Part shown: positions 41,460 through 53,425 of the stretch, piece by piece
Numbering within the stretch: position 1 is the stretch's first letter
Layout: every line of letters starts with the position of its first letter
Assembly (NCBI GenBank): GCA_965208575.1
Contig: CBDBOV010000006.1
Coordinates: forward strand, 416,001 to 480,000
Direction of reading: 5' to 3'
DNA: 64,000 nt
DNA from: Spirochaetia bacterium
Lineage (GTDB): Bacteria; Spirochaetota; Spirochaetia; SZUA-6; Bin103
Notes under the pieces: model-generated
What the model saw: the letters and a program-made list of their open reading frames with translations, nothing else
Told to the model about the DNA's origin: nothing
Databases searched by the model: none
Made by a program: the position numbers and the translations under genes

Positions 41460-44429
41460 ATGATTTTCACCCGCCCCGGGCTCCGGGGCGCTCTGTTGGC
41501 CGCGCTGGCGCTTTGCTCCTTGATCGTGGCGCCAACACAAGCGCAGCCGCGGATTCCGGGCGCGCCGTTACCGTTCGATCCCACCGTCCGGCGCGGCACG
41601 CTTGACAACGGAGTGCAGTACTACATCAGGCGCAACGCCGAACCGGCGGCGCGCGCCCAACTGTGGCTTGCGGTGCGCGCCGGTGCGGTGCTGGAGGAGG
41701 AAGCACAGCGTGGCCTGGCGCGCTTCGTGGCGCGCATGGCGTTCCGGGGCACCGAGCGATACTCTGCGCGCGATATCGCGGAATACCTGGCGTCGATCGG
41801 AAGCTCCGCGGTCCCGGACGAGCACGTGCAGACCGGCTTCGACGCCACGGTATTCCATCTCGACATACCGGCGGACTCACCGGAAGCGCTGCAGACCGGC
41901 ATCGAAATGCTCAGCGAGTGGGCGTTTGCGATCGTGTTTTCCCCCGACGGGACGCAGCAGGAGCGGGAGCTGATTCTGGCCGACTGGGACAGCGCGGCGA
42001 ATGTCGACCGCCAGCTCACCGCCTTGTTCGGCGACTCGCGCTACGCGGAGCGCCGGCCGGGCGGCCGGCGGGAGGTGATCGAGAGCGCCGGCCCCGAGCA
42101 GCTGGCGGCATTCTACGAGCACTGGTATCGCCCCGACCTGATGGCGCTCATCGCAGTGGGCGACTTCGATCCCGAGGCCGTCGAGTCGACGGTGCGCGGC
42201 CATCTCTCGCGGCCAGCGCAAGGGGCCGGCGAAGACACCCAGGCGCACCGGCGCGGAAGCACCGGGCGGAGCGCATTCGCGATACCCGATCATGATGAGC
42301 CACGCGTGAGCGTGAGTATCGATCCGGAAGCGGGGGCGGCCCATCTCACGCTGTCGCGCAAGCTGCGCGCCGACACACGGGCGGACGTCACCGCGTACCG
42401 CAACGGGCTGATGCAACGGCTGGTCGACGCCATGATCAATGCCCGGCTGGCAGAACGGCAACAGGCCGGCCGGGCCTACCTGTCAGCGGGCGTCGGGCGC
42501 ACTCGGCTTACCCCGGACGTGGACCTCTCGATTGCGACCGTGCAGGTGGAACGAGGCGGCGTCGCGCGCGGATTGCAGGCGCTGCTCGAAGAGTTGCGCC
42601 GCGTGCAGGTGCACGGCTTCACCGAAGCCGAGGTAGAGCGCACCAAGACCGCGCTCACGCGCTCGGTCCTGGACGCGTACGAGGCGCGCGACCGGCATCC
42701 GTCACACCTGCTGGCTGAAGACTACATGCGCCACTTCCTGGAAGGCGGATCGTACCCCGGCATCGAGCGGGAGCGGGAGCTTCACCGGCTCCTCCTGCCC
42801 GAGATCACGCCTGCGGATCTGCACGGGTGGGCGGCGAGCAGCCTGCCTTCGGGGAGCGCCGCCAACACCGTGCTGCTGGTGACCGAGCCGCCGGCCGGCG
42901 CGGAGCAAGCGGCGGACGGCGGGCAGGTGGACACCGCAACCCGGGAGAGATCCCTGCGGGATCAACTCACCGCCGCTGCCGCACTGCAGGTCGAGCCCTA
43001 CGACGGCGGCGCGGATGGCGGCACGGTCAGTGGGGACACGGTCGGCGGCGGCGCGGATGGCGGCGGCGCGGATGGCGGCAGCGCGGATGGCGGCAGCGCG
43101 GATGGGGGTGGCGCGGGTAGTTTGCTCGCCGTCGAGCCGCCGCGCGGCAGCATCGTGGCGGAACGGCAGGTGCTGGAGATAGGCGCCCGCCACTGGACCC
43201 TGTCCAACGGGATCGTCGTGATTGCCAAGGCGACCGCCGGCGCGGGCGACGAAGTGCTGTTCCAAGCCACCAGCCCCGGCGGCACCTCGCTGGTGCCGGA
43301 TGCCGACTTCGTGCCGGCGCTCACCGCGGCCACCGTGGTTGCCGGCAGCGGCGCGGGACCGCACGACGGTACCGCGCTGCAGGAACTGCTCGCCGGCAAG
43401 CGGGTCACCGTGACGCCCTACATCGCCGAGCTGTTCGAGGGTTTCAGCGGCGGCGCGGCGGCGCAGGACCTGGAGACCCTGTTCCAGCTCATCTACCTGT
43501 ACGCCACGCGCCCGCGCGTGGACGACCGCGTCTACGCGCAATACGAGTCACAGTTGCGCGCGCTGGCCGGGCAGCGTGAAGCACGCGCCGACGCACGGTT
43601 TTCCGACACGTTGCGCATCGCGCTCAGCCAGGGCCACTTCCGGGCGCGGCCGGCGACGCTGCAGCTCCTGGAGGAACTCGACCTGGAGCGCTCCGTACGC
43701 GTGTACGCCGACCGGTTCGCCGACTTCGGCGACTTCACGTTCCTGTTCGTCGGTGCGTTCGACTGGCAGGTGCTGCGCAACCTTGCCGAGATCTATCTCG
43801 CCGCCCTGCCTGCCGGCACGCGCGAAGAGCAGTGGCAGGACGTCGGCATCGATCCGCCGCCGGGCATCGTGGACCGCACCATTCGAGGCGGCCCTGAGGG
43901 ACTGGCCACCACGCGCCTGGTGTTCGCCGGCGGCACGCGGTGGACCCGCGACGAAGCCCTGGCGCTGGCCGCCCTGGGCGAGGTGCTGGAACGGCGTCTG
44001 CGCGAGCGGCTGCCACGAGAGGTGGAGGGCGCCACCGCCATCGGGGTCGGCAGCGACTCACAGCTCATTCCCGACCCCGAGTATCGGGTGATCGTCGGTT
44101 TCGACAGCGACCCCGCGCGCGCCGACGATGCCCGCGACGCGGTGCTCGCGGAGATCGCGTGGCTGCGCCGCGGCGGCGAGCCGCGTTACCTGGAGGAAGC
44201 GCTCACGGACGTCAAGGAGACGCTGCGCGCGGCTCGGGACGAGCGGATCACCCACAACCGCTTCTGGCTCGAGCAGATGCTCGGCGCCGTGCGCAACAAC
44301 GAGCCGCTGGCCGAAATCGCCCGCTTCCCGGAACGCCTGGACGCCCTGGACGCCGATCACCTGGTAGGCGCCGCGCGCCGCTTCCTGACGCCGGACCGCT
44401 ACGTTCGCGTGGTCATGCTCCCGGAGTAG
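41460..44429 (+). CDS. M16B/PqqL-like peptidase homologue lacking the HxxEH motif
   Basis: Signal peptide, G.LDNG..YYIR, WYRPD.M.L..VGD, LSNG; motif reads GLARFVARMAF. Confidence 0.88.
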   Translation: MIFTRPGLRGALLAALALCSLIVAPTQAQPRIPGAPLPFDPTVRRGTLDNGVQYYIRRNAEPAARAQLWLAVRAGAVLEEEAQRGLARFVARMAFRGTERYSARDIAEYLASIGSSAVPDEHVQTGFDATVFHLDIPADSPEALQTGIEMLSEWAFAIVFSPDGTQQERELILADWDSAANVDRQLTALFGDSRYAERRPGGRREVIESAGPEQLAAFYEHWYRPDLMALIAVGDFDPEAVESTVRGHLSRPAQGAGEDTQAHRRGSTGRSAFAIPDHDEPRVSVSIDPEAGAAHLTLSRKLRADTRADVTAYRNGLMQRLVDAMINARLAERQQAGRAYLSAGVGRTRLTPDVDLSIATVQVERGGVARGLQALLEELRRVQVHGFTEAEVERTKTALTRSVLDAYEARDRHPSHLLAEDYMRHFLEGGSYPGIERERELHRLLLPEITPADLHGWAASSLPSGSAANTVLLVTEPPAGAEQAADGGQVDTATRERSLRDQLTAAAALQVEPYDGGADGGTVSGDTVGGGADGGGADGGSADGGSADGGGAGSLLAVEPPRGSIVAERQVLEIGARHWTLSNGIVVIAKATAGAGDEVLFQATSPGGTSLVPDADFVPALTAATVVAGSGAGPHDGTALQELLAGKRVTVTPYIAELFEGFSGGAAAQDLETLFQLIYLYATRPRVDDRVYAQYESQLRALAGQREARADARFSDTLRIALSQGHFRARPATLQLLEELDLERSVRVYADRFADFGDFTFLFVGAFDWQVLRNLAEIYLAALPAGTREEQWQDVGIDPPPGIVDRTIRGGPEGLATTRLVFAGGTRWTRDEALALAALGEVLERRLRERLPREVEGATAIGVGSDSQLIPDPEYRVIVGFDSDPARADDARDAVLAEIAWLRRGGEPRYLEEALTDVKETLRAARDERITHNRFWLEQMLGAVRNNEPLAEIARFPERLDALDADHLVGAARRFLTPDRYVRVVMLPE
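43002..43118. repeat. In-frame 15-bp tandem repeat encoding a (GGG/SAD)n linker
   Basis: GGCGGCRGCGCGGAT x~5 (43044-43118) plus degenerate copies upstream. Confidence 0.85.
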
Positions 44430-44502
44430 AAAGTGTGTACGAAGGTGCGCGCCGCGCGCGGACCGTGTCCGACACGCAACGCGATCCCCGCCGGTTGCCG
44501 CC

Positions 44503-44557
44503 GCGGCGCCGAGCCCGGAGGCGCCGGCAGGCCTGCCGGGCGTTTGCTCGGCGCCGC
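44503..44557. terminator. Long GC hairpin between convergent genes (possible bidirectional terminator)
   Basis: 12-bp inverted repeat GCGGCGCCGAGC / GCTCGGCGCCGC enclosing the perfect palindrome CCGGCAGGCCTGCCGG (44524-44539). Confidence 0.5.
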
Positions 44558-45561
44558 TACTCGCCCTGCGTGAAGGCGGCGTCGAAGGCGATCTCGGAGG
44601 CGGACAGGTCGGTGCGGCGCACGAAGGCCAGCGCCTCGGGGGCGCCCTGCTCGCGGTCCATGCCGCTGTCCTCCCACTCGATCGACAGCGGACCCTGGTA
44701 GCCGATCGCGTTCAGGGCGCGGAACACGCGCTCGAACGGCACCTCGCCGCGCCCCGGCGACACGAAGTCCCAGCCGCGCCGCATGTTGCCGAACTCCAGG
44801 TGGGAGGCGAGCGCGCCGTTGCGCCCGTTGTGGTTGCGCTGCGACTCCTTGACGTGGGCGTGGTAGATGCGGTCGGCGAAATCGAGCACGAACTGCTCCG
44901 GGTCGACCGCCTGCCACACCAGGTGGCTGGGATCGAAGTTGATGCCGAACGCCGGCCGGTGGTCGACCGCCTCCAGGGTGCGCCTGGTGGTCCAGTAGTC
45001 GTAGGCGATCTCCGACGGGTGCACTTCGAGACCGAACTTCACCCCCTCCTGGTCGAACACGTCCAGAATCGGGTTCCAGCGGTCGGCGAAGTCCTGGTAG
45101 CCGGCATCGATCATGCCCTCGACCGCGGGTGGAAACCCGGCCAGCGCGTACCAGATCTTCGACCCGGTGAAGCCGGCCACGGTGGTGACGCCGAACTTGG
45201 CCGCCGCGCGGGCGGTGTCCTGCATCCGCTCGGCGGCGCGTTGCCGTACGCCCTCGGGGTCGCCGTCGCCCCAGATCTCGGGCGGCAGGATGCCCTGGTG
45301 GCGGGCGTCGATCGGGGAGTCGCACACGCACTGCCCCACCAGGTGGTTGCTGACCACGTAGCACTTCAGTCCGTGGCGGTCGAGCAGCTCGCGCTTGGCG
45401 GCCAGGTAGCCGTCGTCGGCGAGCGCCTTGTCGACCTCGAAGTGATCGCCCCAGCAGGCCAGCTCCAGGCCGTCGAAGCCCCAGGCGGACGCCTTGGCGG
45501 CCAACTCCTCCAGCGGCAGGTCGGCCCACTGGCCGGTGAACAACGTTACGTCTCGTGCCAT
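44557..45561 (-). CDS. Sugar phosphate isomerase/epimerase (xylose-isomerase-like TIM barrel)
   Basis: [39 protein letters not shown]. Confidence 0.9.
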   Translation of the reverse strand: MARDVTLFTGQWADLPLEELAAKASAWGFDGLELACWGDHFEVDKALADDGYLAAKRELLDRHGLKCYVVSNHLVGQCVCDSPIDARHQGILPPEIWGDGDPEGVRQRAAERMQDTARAAAKFGVTTVAGFTGSKIWYALAGFPPAVEGMIDAGYQDFADRWNPILDVFDQEGVKFGLEVHPSEIAYDYWTTRRTLEAVDHRPAFGINFDPSHLVWQAVDPEQFVLDFADRIYHAHVKESQRNHNGRNGALASHLEFGNMRRGWDFVSPGRGEVPFERVFRALNAIGYQGPLSIEWEDSGMDREQGAPEALAFVRRTDLSASEIAFDAAFTQGE

Positions 45562-45565
45562 TCTG

Positions 45566-46720
45566 CTATGCCTCCAGGTTGGTCCATTTCTGGTCGCTGG
45601 CGGAGCTGGCGACGCAGGCCGCAATGAAGGCCATGCCGCGCACTCCGTCATGCACGGTCGGGAAGTCCAGATCCGCGGCCGGATGCTCGCCGGCCAGGCG
45701 CGCCTGCAGCGCCAGCGCGTAGTTGCGGTACAGGTTGGCGAACGCCTCCACGAACCCCTCCGGGTGCCCCGGCGGCAGGCGGGTGTGCGCCGCGCTCGCC
45801 TCGCACAGTTCGCCGACGCCGGTACGGCGCACCTCGCGGTGGCGGTCCGCCCACTTCACGGTCAGCGTGTTGGGCTCTTCCTGGCGCCACTCCAGCCCGG
45901 CCAACTCGCCGTAGATGCGGATGGTGAGCGGATTCTCCTCGCCGGCGGAGACCTGGCTGGCGTAGAGCACGCCGCGGGCGCCGTTGTCGAGGCGCACCAG
46001 CACGTTGCCGTCGTCCTCGAGCTGGCGGCCCTCCACCATGGTGGTGAGGTCGGCGCACAGCTCGGCGATCTTGAGCCCGGTGATGTACTCCATCAGGTTC
46101 TCGGCGTGGGTGCCGATGTCGCCGATGCAGGAACTGGCGCCGGCGCGCGCCGGATCGGTGCGCCAGCTCGCCTGCTTCTGCCCCTCCGACTCGATCAGGG
46201 ACGCCAGCCAGCCCTGCGGATACTCCACCACCACCTTGCGCACCGCGCCGACGGCGCCGCTGCGCACCAGGTGGCGCGCCTCCTTGACCATCGGGTAGCC
46301 GGTGTAGTTGTGGGTCAGGCCGAACTGCAGCCCGGTGCGCTCCACCAGAGCTGCCAGCTCCTTGGCCTGCGCCAGGTCGAACGTCATCGGCTTGTCGCTC
46401 ATCACGTGGAAGCCCGCCTCCAGGGCCGCCTTGGCGACCGGGAAGTGGACGTTGTTGGGCGTGACGATCGACACGAAGTCCATGCGTTCGTCCGCCGGCA
46501 GCTTCGCCTCCGCCGCCATCATTTCGTGGAAATCGCCGTACACGCGGTCCGCCGGCAGGTAGAGGTCGGCGCCGGACGCGCGCGAGCGCTGCGGATCGCT
46601 GCTGAACGCCCCGCACACCAACTCGATGTGGCCGTCGAGCGCCGCCGCCATGCGGTGCACGGCGCCGATGAAGGCGTCGCGGCCGCCGCCGACCATGCCC
46701 ATTCTTATCTTGCGACTCAT
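45566..46720 (-). CDS. Gfo/Idh/MocA family oxidoreductase
   Basis: [39 protein letters not shown]. Confidence 0.92.
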   Translation of the reverse strand: MSRKIRMGMVGGGRDAFIGAVHRMAAALDGHIELVCGAFSSDPQRSRASGADLYLPADRVYGDFHEMMAAEAKLPADERMDFVSIVTPNNVHFPVAKAALEAGFHVMSDKPMTFDLAQAKELAALVERTGLQFGLTHNYTGYPMVKEARHLVRSGAVGAVRKVVVEYPQGWLASLIESEGQKQASWRTDPARAGASSCIGDIGTHAENLMEYITGLKIAELCADLTTMVEGRQLEDDGNVLVRLDNGARGVLYASQVSAGEENPLTIRIYGELAGLEWRQEEPNTLTVKWADRHREVRRTGVGELCEASAAHTRLPPGHPEGFVEAFANLYRNYALALQARLAGEHPAADLDFPTVHDGVRGMAFIAACVASSASDQKWTNLEA

Positions 46721-46733
46721 GGGCCGCATCCTA

Positions 46734-47639
46734 TCAGAGATGAGCGGCGGCCGGCACCTGCACAGGGGCGCCGGCAGTGCCGGCGGGGCTGTCGGCAGCG
46801 GCCGCGTGCGCGGCGGGCGCGCAGCACGACTCCGCGGCCGGCGCGCACGTGCACGCGCCGAACAGGTCGTCGCGGCGGTTGGCGAGCAGCGCCAGCCGCT
46901 GATGCTGGTGGGCGATCGCCGCCGGATCGAGATCGGCCCAGATCACGCAGTCGCTGTCCGGCTCGGCGCGCGCCAACACGTCGCCGTGCGGCCCCACGAT
47001 CATGCTGTTGCCGCGGCAGCGTAGCCCGTCGGCGAAGCTGACGATGTCGGCGCCGGCGGCGAACATGCTGTTGTCCATGGCGCGCGCGCGCAGCGCCAGC
47101 TCCCACTCCGCCGGCGGGCCGAGCCAGGCGGTCGGCACCAGCGCCAATTCGGCGCCGCACGCCGCGGCGCAGCGCGCCTGCTCCGGAAAGCGCGTATCGA
47201 AACAGATCCAGCCGGTGGCGGCCACGCCGCCCAGGTCGAACACCGGCACCTCGCCCCCCGCCGACGCCCACGAGGTCTCGGCTCCGAACAGGTGCAGCTT
47301 GCGGTACACGGCCGCCACCGCGCCGTCGCCGTCCACCACCACCAGGCTGTCGTACAGCCGCCCGTCGTCCGCCGCCTCCGCCATGCCGAACACCACCGCG
47401 ATGCCGGACGAGGCGGCCGCCTCCCGCATGCGGCGCACGGACGGGCCGGTGACCGGCTCCGCCTGCGCAGGGATCCGCTCGGCGACGAGGTAGCCGCTGA
47501 CGACCAGCTCCGGGAGCACGATCGCCGCGCAGCCGGCGGCCGCGGCCTCGCCGACCTGGGCGCTCATCCGATCCAGGTTGTAATCCTTGTCGGCGGCGCG
47601 CGCCTCGAACTGCCCGCATGCCACCCGCGTCGCTTCCAT
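46734..47639 (-). CDS. Carbon-nitrogen hydrolase (nitrilase superfamily)
   Basis: E-K-C triad: LPEL..SGY, YRKLHLF, ICFDTRFPE. Confidence 0.92.
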   Translation of the reverse strand: MEATRVACGQFEARAADKDYNLDRMSAQVGEAAAAGCAAIVLPELVVSGYLVAERIPAQAEPVTGPSVRRMREAAASSGIAVVFGMAEAADDGRLYDSLVVVDGDGAVAAVYRKLHLFGAETSWASAGGEVPVFDLGGVAATGWICFDTRFPEQARCAAACGAELALVPTAWLGPPAEWELALRARAMDNSMFAAGADIVSFADGLRCRGNSMIVGPHGDVLARAEPDSDCVIWADLDPAAIAHQHQRLALLANRRDDLFGACTCAPAAESCCAPAAHAAAADSPAGTAGAPVQVPAAAHL

Positions 47640-47818
47640 CTTTCCTCCTGCTGCCCTTCGGCGTCGGATTGCAGTCTACACCGCGACAGCCATCGTGGCA
47701 CCGAGCGGAGCCACCGACCACCACCGACCTCCCGCAGCAACTGCCTGCGCCCTTGCCGCGCGGAGCCGCGCGGACGGAGCCCCGTGACAACTGAACCGTG
47801 CGGGAGTAGAATCGGCGG

Positions 47819-48763
47819 ATGACCGAGTTGCTCACAACGCGCCCGCTGCCGGGAGCGCCATTCGGAGTCGAGATCACCGGCGCCGATCCGGGCAGCCTGA
47901 CGGCGCCGCAGCGGGAGCAGATACGGGATGCCCATCGCGCGGGTCAGGGGCTGCTCTGCTTCTCGTTCGAACGGCTGCTCGAAGCGGACGAACTGCATGC
48001 CCTCACCGCCGTGTTCGGCGACAACGAGTTCGCCCCCGGCAGGATCGTCGGGATCGGCAAGGGTACGGCGGCGGGACAGGAACAGCGCAGCGTGGAACAG
48101 CAGGCGGCAGCGCTGCGCGCCCGCGGCGTCGATCCCTACATGGCGTACATCGGCAACCTCGATCCCGCCAGCCTGGAGGAGAAAGCGGTCGACGGCAAGT
48201 TCTACGGCGAGTGGGAGTGGCACACCGACATGTCGTACATCGAAGTGCCGCCCACGTTCAGCCTGTTGCACGCCCGCGTGGTGCCGGACGAGGGCGGGGA
48301 TACCGGCTTCTGCAGCCAGACGATGGCGGCCCGGGAACTGCCGCCGGCGCTCCGCGAGCGGGTAATCGGACGCGAGATCAAGCACGATTCCACCTACGGC
48401 AGCTCCGGGGTGCTGCGGCCCGGCATGACGGTGCCGGCATCCCCCATCGAAGCGATCGGCCACCCCCACCCGGTGATCCGCGTGGTGCCGGAGACCGGAC
48501 AGGAAGCGCTGTTTCTCGGCCGTCGCACCAACGCGTACGTGGTCGGCCTGGAGTTCGACGACAGCGAGCAACTGCTGAACGAGCTGTGGCGCCACGCCAC
48601 CCAACCGCACTTCTGCTATCGGCACCGGTGGCGGGTCGGACAGGTGGTGGTGTGGGACAACCGCATGCTGCTGCACATGCGCCATCCGATGGCAGACGAC
48701 GCCACCCGCTTCATGTGGCGCACCCAGACCCGCGGCGAGGCGGTGGTGCCGGTGGTCAACTGA
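47819..48763 (+). CDS. TauD/TfdA family Fe(II)/2-oxoglutarate dioxygenase
   Basis: WHTDMSY, GGDTGF, HPVIRV.PETG, WDNR.LLH.R. Confidence 0.9.
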   Translation: MTELLTTRPLPGAPFGVEITGADPGSLTAPQREQIRDAHRAGQGLLCFSFERLLEADELHALTAVFGDNEFAPGRIVGIGKGTAAGQEQRSVEQQAAALRARGVDPYMAYIGNLDPASLEEKAVDGKFYGEWEWHTDMSYIEVPPTFSLLHARVVPDEGGDTGFCSQTMAARELPPALRERVIGREIKHDSTYGSSGVLRPGMTVPASPIEAIGHPHPVIRVVPETGQEALFLGRRTNAYVVGLEFDDSEQLLNELWRHATQPHFCYRHRWRVGQVVVWDNRMLLHMRHPMADDATRFMWRTQTRGEAVVPVVN

Positions 48764-48770
48764 CCCGGAA

Positions 48771-49277
48771 CTATCGCAACCGGTCGCGCAGCCGGCGAAG
48801 CCGCGGCAACGCGCGGCGATCCTTTTCCCGGTCGGCGGCTTCCTTGGAACGCACGATGTCGGGCAGCGAGGCGACGAGGATGGTCACGCCCTCGCCCACT
48901 TCCACGGTCACCGCGTCGCGTCTCAGATCGGGGTAGCCCTGCGTGCCGCTTGGGCGGAACATGAGGTCGAGGTCGCCGGCGAGCGTGGCGAGGTTCAGGA
49001 TTGCGTCTTCCGGGAGATTCCTGAAGAACCGGGCGGAGCAGTCGAACGGCAACCCCGCCGGTGCGTCCGCAGCACGGATGCGCGCTCCGAGCGTGCGCAG
49101 GGCCGCGGCCAACCGTTCCAGGTTGTGGGCGGCGCGGTCGGGCACCACGTCGAGATCGACCGTTACCCCGACGTCGCCGTGCAGGATGGCCGCCATGCCG
49201 CCGACCAGCACGAATCGTACGCCGGCGTCGCGCAGCGCCGAGAGCATTCTCGCCGGGTCGAATTCGGCGCCCGTCAT
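48771..49277 (-). CDS. Pol-beta superfamily nucleotidyltransferase
   Basis: VLVGG.AA..HG....T.DLD, third Asp in DLD, C-terminal SK....R.KD. Confidence 0.82.
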   Translation of the reverse strand: MTGAEFDPARMLSALRDAGVRFVLVGGMAAILHGDVGVTVDLDVVPDRAAHNLERLAAALRTLGARIRAADAPAGLPFDCSARFFRNLPEDAILNLATLAGDLDLMFRPSGTQGYPDLRRDAVTVEVGEGVTILVASLPDIVRSKEAADREKDRRALPRLRRLRDRLR

Positions 49278-49597
49278 CGGCCCATGCGTGCCATGGAGCG
49301 GCGCGCGCGCAGCACGAAACGAGCAGCATTGGTGGCGTCGGCCAGCCGCTGAGCGGGCGTGCGCCGCAGTGCGCGCTCGAACAGCACATCGGTGTCCGGA
49401 TCGGGCTCGCCAAGGGCGACGCGAATCTCGAAGCCGGCTGCGCGCACCAACTGCTCCGCGAGGTCGGTGGACGGCACGCGCAGGCCACTCTCGACCCGCC
49501 CCACCGTGGACTGGGCCACCCCGGCGCGCCGCGCCAACTCGGCCTGGCTGAGCCCGGCGCGCTTGCGCGCTTCGCGAATCAGTTGGGTAATCGCCAC
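49274..49597 (-). CDS. XRE/Cro-type HTH protein
   Basis: IREARKRAGLSQAELARRAGVAQSTVGRVESG...P; ATGA overlap with the nucleotidyltransferase. Confidence 0.88.
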   Translation of the reverse strand: MAITQLIREARKRAGLSQAELARRAGVAQSTVGRVESGLRVPSTDLAEQLVRAAGFEIRVALGEPDPDTDVLFERALRRTPAQRLADATNAARFVLRARRSMARMGR

Positions 49598-49608
49598 GGG
49601 CCACTTAT

Positions 49609-49620
49609 AGCCAATTGGCT
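49609..49620. promoter_or_regulatory. Perfect 12-bp palindrome, candidate autoregulatory operator
   Basis: AGCCAATTGGCT just upstream of the HTH gene start. Confidence 0.55.
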
Positions 49621-49659
49621 CGCAATTCGCAAGCAGGCCGGACGGTTCCCGGTGGCCGG

Positions 49660-52286
<2,627 letters not shown>

Positions 52287-52931
52287 TCGGGCCTCCGTCG
52301 TTCGGATGACGGGAATCGCGGTCCGGTGCTTACGGAAACCACATCGAACTGTCCAGTCTTCACACGCACATGTCACAGCATATCGCCTACCCCGCGGCGG
52401 GAACCAGTCGCCGCGGCACGGCCGGCGCGGACGGGACCTTCGCGAGCGGCCAGACGCGCGCGCATCCAAGGCGCCTTCTTCGCTGCGGGCCACGCCGAGG
52501 CGGCGGGCGTGTTCGAGCAGTCCGGCATCGTGGGCGCCTTCGGCGCGACGCGGCAGGAGACACCGCGGCCGCGGCGACGCCGCCCCGCGGCGGGCGCTGC
52601 GGCGGGCGCTGCGGCGGCCGCGGCCTGGGGCGGGCGGCGGATTCCGGCCTCCCCGCAAGTCGGTGCGAATCGGGCTCGCGCGGGCTGGCGAAGCGGCGGT
52701 CTGTGCCGCCGCAGCGGCGGCCCGCGGGGTCGATTCGGGGGCGAATCGATATCGAATCCACATCGTAAATCACGAAATTAACACGCACATTTTACACGGA
52801 ATCGGGGTACAAACCGGTAAAGAGCGGTCGATGCGGACTTGCGTGTTGCAGCGCCGCGCCGATGCCGCGTGAGAAGAGTGTTTGGCTCGTCGGTGGGGAG
52901 GAGGCGCATGATATTGGAGCAAGGAAACAGC

Positions 52932-52963
52932 TTGACAGCGGGGAATCTCCCCACTAGTATAAT
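52932..52963 (+). promoter_or_regulatory. Sigma70-like promoter (TTGACA-17bp-TAGTAT, overlapping TATAAT)
   Basis: TTGACA 52932-52937, TAGTAT 52955-52960, TATAAT 52958-52963; GGGGA-ATC-TCCCC inverted repeat in the spacer. Confidence 0.5.
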
Positions 52964-52965
52964 TA

Positions 52966-53026
52966 AGCGCCACAGCGCCACAGCGCCACAGCGCCACAGC
53001 GCCACAGCGCCACAGCGCCACAGCGC
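52966..53026. repeat. Octanucleotide simple sequence repeat (AGCGCCAC)7 + AGCGC
   Basis: Seven perfect copies counted from 52966 to 53021. Confidence 0.95.
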
Positions 53027-53425
53027 GCCCGCTCCGCGCGGGTGCTCCGTCGTGACCGCCCCGTCCCTCGCGCCCTCCGCGCGTTCCGCATCGCGCAGGC
53101 CGAGCCCCGGCGGGGCCGGGCGCCGTCCCCACCCGCTTCTTCCCGATTCCGGCCGCTCCACCTCGCCCGCCTGGTGGTGTGCCTGCTGGCGGCGGTGCTG
53201 TTCCTGCTGCCGGGCGCGGAGACCGCCGAGGCGCAGACCACGGTGAAGCTGGTCTCCAACACCGGCCAGACGTCGTTTAGCAGCGACATCGCCTTCCATG
53301 CCACATCCACGGGGTTCACGACCGGCAGCCACACCGCGGGCTATGTGCTGAAGCGCGTGGACCTCGTCGCCAAGACGGGTACCGGTAGTGAAACTCCCTC
53401 CGTGACGATCCGCGAGGGGACCCGC

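Noticed and set aside
52287-52763. N-terminal extension of the hybrid regulator in the ORF track
   Set aside because: Low-complexity translation; a better TTG start with GGAGG SD lies at 52286
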